The position numbers and the translations under genes were made by a program. DNA of 14,073 nucleotides, taken from a bacterium (GTDB lineage: Bacteria; Muiribacteriota; UBA6191). The stretch covers positions 1-14,073 of the forward strand of contig JAYZAC010000137.1 in assembly GCA_036339875.1 (NCBI GenBank), read 5' to 3'. Shown piece after piece: positions 1-7,171 of this stretch. Positions within the stretch are counted from its first letter, which is position 1; the number at the start of each line of letters is the position of its first letter. The notes below the pieces were generated by a model. It saw only the letters and a program-made list of their open reading frames with translations, was not told the DNA's origin and ran no database searches.

Positions 1-2
1 GT

Positions 3-662
3 TATACCGAACAATACGACCAACTCGAAATTTATAGAAATGCTAATAATAGTAGATTTAGAGGTAGAGTAAGCGTTACAGGAATACTATCAATGACTCA
101 GTATACTCTTCAGAATGGATCCACTCTAATAGAGGTTCAAGCCAAGCTTGATACAGTAGAAGGTCCTGCGGACGTAGTTAAAACAAAGCTACAGGTGGCT
201 AGAATTAAGGCAGATCTAAAATATATTCATAAGAGCGTGAAAGACTTTTATGAAAAATTTCCAGGTGATGTGAAAGTTTCTATAAATGCGGTCTCATATG
301 AGGTACCAGAAGACATTCAACTGACCGATCAGTTTCTTGCATATATCGAAGAACAAGTATTCGAAAAACATCATGATTGTACGCTTGAATCTCATTCGAC
401 TCCAATCACTTCGATTTTAGCGCATAGAGCCGGACTAATTTCTAATGATGTTAGAGGAAAAGTTGAGGTTTTAATTGACCTTGAGTCAGTCACAAATACT
501 TTAAGTGATGGAACCGTTTCTACCGAATACCGCTATAATCTACGAGCGGTCAAAGGGTCTTTAGATAGCTACCAAGAAGAGTTGTTTGAAAACGAAAAAA
601 CAAAAAGACAAGCTCAAAGAATCATTAATTTTCACACATTATACAATGGCGAAAGTTTATAG
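3..662 (+). CDS. Hypothetical protein, 5'-truncated (C-terminal part; the frame is open from the window edge)
   Basis: The frame of ORF 93..662 has no stop from position 3 (YTEQYDQLEIYRNANNSRFRGRVSVTGILS-MTQY...), so ATG93 is probably internal. It is followed by a strong terminator. No family motif recognised. Confidence 0.75.
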   Translation, partial: YTEQYDQLEIYRNANNSRFRGRVSVTGILSMTQYTLQNGSTLIEVQAKLDTVEGPADVVKTKLQVARIKADLKYIHKSVKDFYEKFPGDVKVSINAVSYEVPEDIQLTDQFLAYIEEQVFEKHHDCTLESHSTPITSILAHRAGLISNDVRGKVEVLIDLESVTNTLSDGTVSTEYRYNLRAVKGSLDSYQEELFENEKTKRQAQRIINFHTLYNGESL

Positions 663-682
663 CTTTCTCAAAACCAAAGCAT

Positions 683-716
683 AAGAGCCGCATAGGTTGC
701 GGCTCTTTTTTTTTTT
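683..716 (+). terminator. Rho-independent terminator between convergent genes
   Basis: Perfect 10-bp stem AAGAGCCGCA (683-692) / TGCGGCTCTT (698-707), loop TAGGT, T-run 706-716, starting 20 nt after the stop at 662. The minus-strand tail is only an interrupted T-tract, so bidirectional use is uncertain. Confidence 0.9.
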
Positions 717-724
717 GTCTAAAA

Positions 725-1786
725 CTATTGTACTCTCAAACGATCCTTTAGAGTTCGAATTTCGGTAAGAATCAATTCGAGTTGGTCCGCTCTTTTCTTT
801 AGGCTTGAAATCCACATCAGAGCGCAAAGTCCTAGAAGTAAACACAATGCTACAAAGGCACTGCCGTATGTAATGAAAAGATTTTGAAAACTGCTTAGTT
901 GAATCTCGGTGCCTAATTGTGTTGGCTGTAAAGTTATTAATTCGAAACCTTGAAGCGATAGGGGTAATTTTCGTGTACGGTAGTTCACACTGTTCACAAT
1001 TACTTCATCTAGGTCGAGTGGAATACCAATAAATTCTAAAGATTTTTTAGCGAATTGTTGGCTTATTATTAATTGCTGTTTTTGCTCATCAGTCAATGGA
1101 CGAATGGTTCCGTAAAGCCAATGACTACGATTACTTGCAAAGATGACTCCATCTTTTGAGACTAAGGCTACTGGATTTTGAAGTTCTAGTAATAAATCAT
1201 CTACCAAGCCTAGATTCATTTTAATAACCATTACACCATCAATCTGAGGGCTACCCGGTAGACGAACACCTTTACTGAAATACAACCCACGAACTCCAGT
1301 TTTGGTTCCCAAGGCAGGATAGACCATAGTTTGACCTTTTAAGGCCGATTCAAAATAAGGCCGAAATGATAAATCAGCTCCCTCAAGACTACTTTGGTCT
1401 GAAGCTAAGGTAGACACCAATACAATTCCATCTTTCGATAATAAATAGATCGCATTAGCTGATAGAGAATCTTTTGACCACTCTAATAATAATTTTATTT
1501 TAGATTTAGCATCAGAATTGTCTACATCCAGCAGATAATCATAAAGGGCTTTGTGTTCAGATAATGAATCTAAAACTTGAGGTGTTTGGGAATATACCGA
1601 AAAGTCCACCTGCTGAGCTAAGCTAGACATCTTACGATCATCAACCAAAGCAAGCTCTAATTGATTTGTATGCTTAAATTTTTGATACAATGACCACAAA
1701 CCTACAGCGGCAGCAACGGCTCCCAGCAAAAGTAGAATGGTGGCAAAAGCAATAATTGAACCGCGCTGGTTGTTGAGTTGAATCAT
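725..1786 (-). CDS. Membrane protein with DctB-like (dCache) extracytoplasmic sensor domain, two TM helices and no kinase/output domain
   Basis: TM1 near the N-terminus. DctB-type motifs DLSFRPYF, ALGTKTGVRGLYFS, GVMVIKMNL, DGVIFASNRSHWLY. TM2 LFITYGSAFVALCLLLGLCALMWI, then only about 27 residues to the stop. Confidence 0.8.
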   Translation of the reverse strand: MIQLNNQRGSIIAFATILLLLGAVAAAVGLWSLYQKFKHTNQLELALVDDRKMSSLAQQVDFSVYSQTPQVLDSLSEHKALYDYLLDVDNSDAKSKIKLLLEWSKDSLSANAIYLLSKDGIVLVSTLASDQSSLEGADLSFRPYFESALKGQTMVYPALGTKTGVRGLYFSKGVRLPGSPQIDGVMVIKMNLGLVDDLLLELQNPVALVSKDGVIFASNRSHWLYGTIRPLTDEQKQQLIISQQFAKKSLEFIGIPLDLDEVIVNSVNYRTRKLPLSLQGFELITLQPTQLGTEIQLSSFQNLFITYGSAFVALCLLLGLCALMWISSLKKRADQLELILTEIRTLKDRLRVQ

Positions 1787-1791
1787 GGTGC

Positions 1792-1797
1792 ATATTA
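1792..1797 (-). promoter_or_regulatory. Candidate -10 element (TAATAT) 5 nt before the ATG of the Cache gene
   Basis: Minus strand reads CAA-TAATAT-GCACC-ATG with no Shine-Dalgarno. The gene could instead be co-transcribed with the upstream desaturase (38-nt gap). Confidence 0.3.
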
Positions 1798-1824
1798 TTG
1801 GGCATCAAGACTAAGTTTGTAAAG

Positions 1825-2619
1825 TTAGACAGCAAGAAAATATATACAGCAAGAAGCGCTTACTACAGTCCAAGACAACATACTTAGTGGATGTTTTTCG
1901 GTATAGCCATGATCGTCTAGTCCTATTTCGGGGTCCACTTTTTCATTGAGATAAGCTGTACCAAACATAAAGTCCCACACCGAAAAAACGACTCCGTAGT
2001 TTCTAACTAAGCGTGAATCTGATCGAATTTCATGATGCCAATAATGCATGCGAGGGTTGTTAAAAAGATACTTAAGTGGACCATAATTCCAAGCTAAATT
2101 GGCATGGTTTAGATGCCCAATGAGCGTACTGATACATGCTCCGATTAAAACAGCCTTCCAATGCACGCCGACTAGTAACGGAATCAAAAAGCCTAGATGC
2201 TTATAAAAAACTGTTTCCGCGAAATGAAAGCGAAAATTACACCAGAAATCCATGGTTGTCACCGAGTGATGGGTTTTATGAAATTCCCACAAAAAGGAAT
2301 TAGAATGAAGCATTCTATGAATCCAATACTCTATGAAATCTTTTACCACCAGAAAACATAAAACTTGAAGCCAAAGATTCCAATCGCTCATGGCTAGGGC
2401 TTTACCCTCCAAAATTGTATGGTAACCAGCCCATCCCAAGATACTTAATTCAAACCAAGCCAAACTAAAACCAAAAATTTCTCCGTTAAAAATTAGCAGA
2501 AAAATATCGCGCCAAAAAAACGGACGCATAATTTTCTGCTTACGCCACGCAAACAACCTTTCTAAAAGAAAAACAATTGCGCTGAATAAGACGAGATAAA
2601 AGATATAACTGTATAACAC
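1825..2619 (-). CDS. Sterol desaturase / fatty acid hydroxylase superfamily membrane di-iron enzyme
   Basis: Histidine boxes YWIHRMLH, FHKTHHS, HLNHAN and HYWHH, the NYGVVFSVWDFMFGT motif, and several TM segments. GTG start. Confidence 0.92.
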   Translation of the reverse strand: MLYSYIFYLVLFSAIVFLLERLFAWRKQKIMRPFFWRDIFLLIFNGEIFGFSLAWFELSILGWAGYHTILEGKALAMSDWNLWLQVLCFLVVKDFIEYWIHRMLHSNSFLWEFHKTHHSVTTMDFWCNFRFHFAETVFYKHLGFLIPLLVGVHWKAVLIGACISTLIGHLNHANLAWNYGPLKYLFNNPRMHYWHHEIRSDSRLVRNYGVVFSVWDFMFGTAYLNEKVDPEIGLDDHGYTEKHPLSMLSWTVVSASCCIYFLAV

Positions 2620-2625
2620 ACATCT

Positions 2626-2631
2626 ATTTTA
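2626..2631 (-). promoter_or_regulatory. Candidate -10 element (TAAAAT) 6 nt before the GTG start (leaderless-type)
   Basis: Minus strand reads GGT-TAAAAT-AGATGT-GTG. 5/6 match to TATAAT, no Shine-Dalgarno. Confidence 0.5.
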
Positions 2632-2771
2632 ACCAGAAAGTAAGCCTAAAGTGACCTATTGGAACTTAAATACAACAGATATTTACAAGAATATCAGCAT
2701 ATTTCTATGGTATTTCGCCTTGAAAAGGTCGATTTAGATCAATAAGTATTAAAACTTAAGTGCCTCAGAAG

Positions 2772-4544
2772 ATGAATAAAAATCCTAATAATTTGATCAA
2801 GATATTGGTGATTGTGCTATCACTGAATGGGATTCTATGTGGTTGTGGTGGTTCTAGCTATGAAGGTAGCTCTGAACCTCGGTCTAATGTTGAACCAGTT
2901 GCTAATCTAGATCGTTTAACCGTTGATGAGGATAGCTCCATTGAATTATTACCACAAATATTAGCCAATGACACAGATGAAGATGGTGATAATTTGTCAC
3001 CAACATTTTTGACATCTCCAACAAATGGTGCCATTAGTACCCTCAAAGGTAAATACAAGTATATTCCAACAGTTAATTTTAACGGACCAGATCAAATAGT
3101 TTACGAAGTGAGTGATGGATACGGTGGAACGTCAAGTGCCACTATTTTTCTGAATATTTTACCTGTGAATGATTTTCCGATAGTGGTGGATGATGTTTTT
3201 CAAATGACCGAAGATACAACTAGCTCTTTCGATGTTTTAGTAAACGATTCCGATATCGATGGAGATAATTTACGTTTATTGAATGTAAGTCTAGTTCAAA
3301 ATGGTATTGCTAGCATTGATTCTGTACTAAATACTGTTCGCGTTACACCTTTTGCCGACTCAGTAGAATCGGTAAGTTTTGCATATACAGCCACAGATGG
3401 TAATGGTGGTTACGATATTGGCAGTGTGATAGTAACAGTTAATTCTGTTAACGATACACCCGTCGCTTCGGATGATACAGCAAATACCCAAATTGATGTG
3501 CCCGTAACTATTCCTGTTTTACAAAATGATTTCGATGTTGATATCGGAGACTCAATCAGTCTAGAAGGAATAAACAGTATTACTGGTGGAAGTGCAGTGA
3601 TACAAAATGATTCAATAATTGTTACTCCTGATGTGAGCTCATATCAATCAATTAGTTTAGAATATGAAATTTCTGACAGTAAAAATGCGCGCAGTACAGC
3701 CAGTGTAAATATTTCAATCGACTGTGATACCTACGAAAGACTAGAAATTGAATTTGTTTGCATTCATGCAGGTAGTTTTGTTATGGGTTCTCCAACCACT
3801 GAGCCTCTACGTGATTCAGATGAAGGTCCGCTAACGCCAGTTACGATTACTAAAGATTTTTACCTTAGTAAGTACGAAATTACTAAAGCAGATTGGGAAA
3901 GAGTTTGGAATGCCGCAAATCTAATTATTGCACAAGATGATCCCATTTGGCCCGTACCTCAAATAGTACCTATATCCGATGATCATCCAGCGATTGGCGT
4001 AAGTTGGGATGATATAAATGAGGTCAATGGTTTTTTAGACGATATTAATCTTTTAGTAGGTTGTGATACTTCATCACTCAGTACCGATCGTATGCGTTAT
4101 GACCCCTCAATAGTACCCTCTGGATGTTTTCGTTTACCTACTGAGGCAGAGTGGGAGTATGCAGCTCGCGCTGAAACAAATACACGATATAGTTTTGGTG
4201 ACGATGAAACTCAATTGAATCTTTATGCGCTTTATGACCCAGACCCTAATGATCTGTTTAATGCTGGATCAGCTAATCCAGTTGGTCAATTTCTTCCGAA
4301 CGCTAATGGTTTGTATGATATGCATGGTAATGTGCGAGAGTGGGTGTTTGATCAATATAGTAATTCAACATATACTGGTATCGCGCAATCCGATCCAATT
4401 GGAGTATCAGGCGGCCTAAATAGAGTTCTTCGTGGTGGTAGCTACATAAATACATCTGAAAAACTACGTTCAGCAAATCGTATGAATAGAGACCTTAACG
4501 ATAGAGCTGATACTAATGGTTTTCGACTTGTATTCGTTCGTTAG
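2772..4544 (+). CDS. Predicted lipoprotein with three Ig-like/cadherin-like repeats and a C-terminal FGE-sulfatase (SUMF1/EgtB/PvdO family, C-type lectin fold) domain
   Basis: Signal peptide with lipobox-like ILCG-C followed by a GGSS linker; three NxxPxxxxD...NDxDxD repeats; FGE motifs GSFVMGS, YEIT, HPAIGVSWDD, FRLPTEAEWEYAARA, PNANGLYDMHGNVREWV, RVLRGGS, GFRLV. Start is ATG2772 or GTG2760. Confidence 0.88.
   Translation: MNKNPNNLIKILVIVLSLNGILCGCGGSSYEGSSEPRSNVEPVANLDRLTVDEDSSIELLPQILANDTDEDGDNLSPTFLTSPTNGAISTLKGKYKYIPTVNFNGPDQIVYEVSDGYGGTSSATIFLNILPVNDFPIVVDDVFQMTEDTTSSFDVLVNDSDIDGDNLRLLNVSLVQNGIASIDSVLNTVRVTPFADSVESVSFAYTATDGNGGYDIGSVIVTVNSVNDTPVASDDTANTQIDVPVTIPVLQNDFDVDIGDSISLEGINSITGGSAVIQNDSIIVTPDVSSYQSISLEYEISDSKNARSTASVNISIDCDTYERLEIEFVCIHAGSFVMGSPTTEPLRDSDEGPLTPVTITKDFYLSKYEITKADWERVWNAANLIIAQDDPIWPVPQIVPISDDHPAIGVSWDDINEVNGFLDDINLLVGCDTSSLSTDRMRYDPSIVPSGCFRLPTEAEWEYAARAETNTRYSFGDDETQLNLYALYDPDPNDLFNAGSANPVGQFLPNANGLYDMHGNVREWVFDQYSNSTYTGIAQSDPIGVSGGLNRVLRGGSYINTSEKLRSANRMNRDLNDRADTNGFRLVFVR
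2886..3722 (+). repeat. Three tandem 94-codon Ig/cadherin-like protein repeats (diverged at DNA level)
   Basis: Repeat starts at 2886 (NVEPVANLD), 3168 (NDFPIVVDD) and 3450 (NDTPVASDD), an exact 282-bp spacing. Shared NDxDxD(G)D and YxxxDxxxx motifs. Confidence 0.85.
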
Positions 4545-4982
4545 CTAGAATGAGTAACCTTTGGCTTGATTGAGAAGATACTTGCCCCTCACAAAAACTC
4601 CCGAGCCTCTGGCAACCTCAAGATCGCTATTGTAGACAACCGACTCGACTATCCATTGACTTCGAGTTTTGCTCACCACTTTACCAATGGCTTTAAGCTC
4701 ACCATCAATAACTGGTTTTAATAAGTATGTGGTGAATGAGGATGTGAGTACAAAGAATTCCTTCTCCAGAGAATTAGCCGCAAAAAATGCCGAATCATCC
4801 ATTAACTTAAAGTAAACAGAACCGTGTACCGCACCGGCCGAGTGATGCATACTATTTTGTAAAATAATTGAGATTTCAGACTCAGAGTCTGAGACCTTAA
4901 TTTTTGGCTGGTAATATTCGTTAACGGGTGCAGCCAGATACATATTTTCTAAAGCTTTGAAATGCTGTATGTCATTCATCAT
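4545..4982 (-). CDS. PaaI family thioesterase (hotdog fold)
   Basis: HHSAGAVHGSVYFKLMDDSAFFAANS motif, then TSSFTTYLLKPV...ARGSGVF. The start is placed at ATG4982 rather than 4991 because ATG4991 overlaps the -10-like TACAAT; this placement is an inference. Confidence 0.88.
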   Translation of the reverse strand: MMNDIQHFKALENMYLAAPVNEYYQPKIKVSDSESEISIILQNSMHHSAGAVHGSVYFKLMDDSAFFAANSLEKEFFVLTSSFTTYLLKPVIDGELKAIGKVVSKTRSQWIVESVVYNSDLEVARGSGVFVRGKYLLNQAKGYSF

Positions 4983-4989
4983 AATTAGC

Positions 4990-4995
4990 ATTGTA
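4990..4995 (-). promoter_or_regulatory. Candidate -10 element (TACAAT) 7 nt before ATG4982 (leaderless-type)
   Basis: Minus strand reads TG-TACAAT-GCTAATT-ATG. 5/6 match to TATAAT, no Shine-Dalgarno. Confidence 0.5.
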
Positions 4996-5023
4996 CATTG
5001 AAGGATCCATGGATTGACGTTTC

Positions 5024-5032
5024 TGATAAACT
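5024..5032 (+). promoter_or_regulatory. Candidate extended -10 element (TG-A-TAAACT) 6 nt before the tex ATG (leaderless-type)
   Basis: Plus strand reads TC-TG-A-TAAACT-TTAATT-ATG (5039). No Shine-Dalgarno, and the divergent intergenic region is only about 50 bp. Confidence 0.55.
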
Positions 5033-5038
5033 TTAATT

Positions 5039-7171
5039 ATGAAATTTTATGAGTATTTACGATCGATTGACTTCAAACCATTACCCAAAGCCGATCAGGT
5101 TAAATTTATCTGTGACTCCTTTGAGGAAGGGTTAACTGTTCCTTTTCTGGCTCGTTACAGACAACCTCAGACCGGAGCTCTTCAAGGCAGTGAATTACGT
5201 ATTTTTGAACGTAGTTTAAAGCGCTACAATTCTATTGAAACCTTAAGAGAGCAGTGTCTAAAGATCATTGAAAAACAACCAAAAGCTACTAAAACCTGGA
5301 AGAATAGTGTAATTAACAGTTTTGACGAATCTATACTTAAAGAATTTAAAAAAATCTTTGGAAGCACTAAAAAAACAAAAGCGACTGAAGCGCGAGACTT
5401 AGGGTTGGAGCCATTAGCAAATTTACTCAGAACTCGATCAAAAAAAGAGGGTCAAAAAATTCAAGCTGATTTGTTTCAAGGACTATCTAAAAAAGAAGCA
5501 ATTGAAGCTGCGAGTCACATTATAGTAGATGTAATATCCAGTAATTCAGAATTACGCGCTCTAGTAAAATCAAAGCTAGAGCGCTTTGGTAAACTTCGCT
5601 CGAAGTTGAAAAAAGGTGCTGAGGATTCTCGTGAAAAATATCGAGATTATTACGACTTTGAAGCTCCTATTCAACGGCTTAAATCCCACCAATTTTTGGC
5701 CCTTGAAAGAGGTAGCTCAGAAAAAATTTTGCAGGTGCAAATCTATCCGGATGACCCTACCAGAATAATTGCAGATCTATCTCGAAAGCTTGATTTACGT
5801 TCAAAGGCTTTCTATAACTTGATGACTGAGGTGATCGAAACATCTTTTAAGAAAAAGTTTTTACCCGCGATTCAACGCGAATTGATGAATCATCTCAGAA
5901 CAAAGTCACACGAAGATGCTTTAATTAATTTTGAGAATAATCTTCAGGCACTGCTTCTAACTCCAGGTCTTAATATTGATAAGGTTTTAGCCATTGATCC
6001 AGGTTTTGCAAATGGTTGTAAATGGTCCATTGTCGAGAATACCGGAAAAATCCTTGACGTTGGCGTTCTGATGCTCAGCAACTCAAAACATTGGTCAACT
6101 CAGGCAGATAAAATAATAAACTTGTTAAGGAGTTGCGATGCAATTGCTGTAGGTAATGGCGTAGGCTCTCATAATTGCTTAGACTTCCTGGAGTTTTGCC
6201 GTAAAAATAAGCAGCTTAATACACCTCATATTGTAGTTCCTGAAGCTGGTGCATCTGTATATTCAGCTTCAGATATTGCAAATCAAGAATTAGCAGATTA
6301 TAAGGTGGAGTTGCGGGGAGCGATCAGTCTTGGTAGGCGTCTATTTAAACCTTTAGAGGAGTACTTAAAGATACCACCTATGTCACTTGGGGTGGGTATG
6401 TATCAGCATGATCTCGAGGAATCGATTTTACAAGAACGCTTGATAGCAAGAGCTAAGGATGTCTTACATGAAGTAGGAGTTGATCTAAATAAGGCTGATA
6501 GTACGAGTCTTGAATTAATCGCAGGTATTGGTAAATCTAGAGCAAAAGCAATTGTCGATTATAGACTTATAAATGGACCATTTAAAACCCGTCAACAACT
6601 ATTAAAAGTTGCTGGGTTTGGTCCAAAGACATATGAACAGGCTGCTGGATTTTGTCGAGTTATGGATTCAGCTGAAATTTTAGATCAAACTTGTGTGCAT
6701 CCTCAAGATTATGACGACTGCAGAACGATGCTCAAGGCTTTGAATTGTGATAAAAATAGGTTGCCTAAATCTCGTGAGGTTTTAGAAACTTACACTGATT
6801 GGACTCATTTGAGTAAAATTAGTGGCTTATCAGAGACTCGCTTGAAGCATTTGAAAATGTGTTTGGTAGATTATTGTATGGACCCCCGAGACAATTTGCC
6901 TCAGCCCATATTACGCAACGGACTTAAAACTTTAGAAGATCTGAAACCAGGTGAACTAATTCAAGGTGTGATCAGTAATGTAGTGGATTTTGGAGTATTT
7001 GTTGATTTGGGTATTCAGCAGAATGGTTTATTACACCGCTCTTGTTACCCTAATAGGCACTATGAAACGTCACTGCAAGTTGGCCAACAAATTCAAGTGA
7101 TTGTAAAGTCGGTTGATAGTCGTAGACAAAGAATTACGTTAGATTTAGATTCAAGTGCTCCAAGTCTTTAA
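5039..7171 (+). CDS. tex: Tex (YhgF) family RNA-binding transcription accessory protein
   Basis: Tex N-terminal EGLTVPFLARYR; YqgF-like VLAIDPG..GCK; EAGASVYSAS; GVGMYQHD; HhH region VGVDLNKA...IAGIGKSRAKAIVDYR..NGPF; LDQTCVHP; C-terminal S1 domain GVISNVVDFGVFVDLGIQQNGLLHRS. Confidence 0.92.
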   Translation: MKFYEYLRSIDFKPLPKADQVKFICDSFEEGLTVPFLARYRQPQTGALQGSELRIFERSLKRYNSIETLREQCLKIIEKQPKATKTWKNSVINSFDESILKEFKKIFGSTKKTKATEARDLGLEPLANLLRTRSKKEGQKIQADLFQGLSKKEAIEAASHIIVDVISSNSELRALVKSKLERFGKLRSKLKKGAEDSREKYRDYYDFEAPIQRLKSHQFLALERGSSEKILQVQIYPDDPTRIIADLSRKLDLRSKAFYNLMTEVIETSFKKKFLPAIQRELMNHLRTKSHEDALINFENNLQALLLTPGLNIDKVLAIDPGFANGCKWSIVENTGKILDVGVLMLSNSKHWSTQADKIINLLRSCDAIAVGNGVGSHNCLDFLEFCRKNKQLNTPHIVVPEAGASVYSASDIANQELADYKVELRGAISLGRRLFKPLEEYLKIPPMSLGVGMYQHDLEESILQERLIARAKDVLHEVGVDLNKADSTSLELIAGIGKSRAKAIVDYRLINGPFKTRQQLLKVAGFGPKTYEQAAGFCRVMDSAEILDQTCVHPQDYDDCRTMLKALNCDKNRLPKSREVLETYTDWTHLSKISGLSETRLKHLKMCLVDYCMDPRDNLPQPILRNGLKTLEDLKPGELIQGVISNVVDFGVFVDLGIQQNGLLHRSCYPNRHYETSLQVGQQIQVIVKSVDSRRQRITLDLDSSAPSL

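Noticed and set aside
33..71. AAT-rich stretch (RNANNSRFR) as a possible DGR template repeat for the FGE tip at 4500-4535
   Set aside because: Manual alignment needs several non-adenine mismatches and a gap, the stretch lies inside ORF1, and no reverse transcriptase is present.
657..845. 62-aa minus-strand ORF
   Set aside because: Out-of-frame overlap with the Cache gene, runs through the terminator poly-A, and shows no kinase motif, so it is not a frameshifted continuation.
2858..3058. 66-aa minus-strand ORF
   Set aside because: Antisense shadow of the well-supported lipoprotein gene.
4225..4419. 64-aa plus-strand ORF
   Set aside because: Alternative frame inside the conserved FGE domain.
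4422..4544. Complete diversity-generating retroelement in this window
   Set aside because: No reverse transcriptase, template repeat or downstream hairpin. Several codons in the would-be variable region end in A or G rather than the usual NNY.
3747..4544. Sulfatase-maturation pathway (FGE domain plus TauE)
   Set aside because: The FGE domain lacks the catalytic cysteines, no sulfatase is in the window, and TauE is over 8 kb away in another transcription unit.
4876..4892. Inverted repeat TCAGACTC-A-GAGTCTGA, sharing 11 nt with 11034-11044
   Set aside because: Lies inside the PaaI coding sequence (Ser/Asp/Glu codons) with a 1-nt loop; a single short match elsewhere does not support a repeat family.
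5003..5012. Overlapping BamHI/NcoI sites suggesting a cloning junction
   Set aside because: No vector sequence, and the flanking genes are intact and similar in composition.
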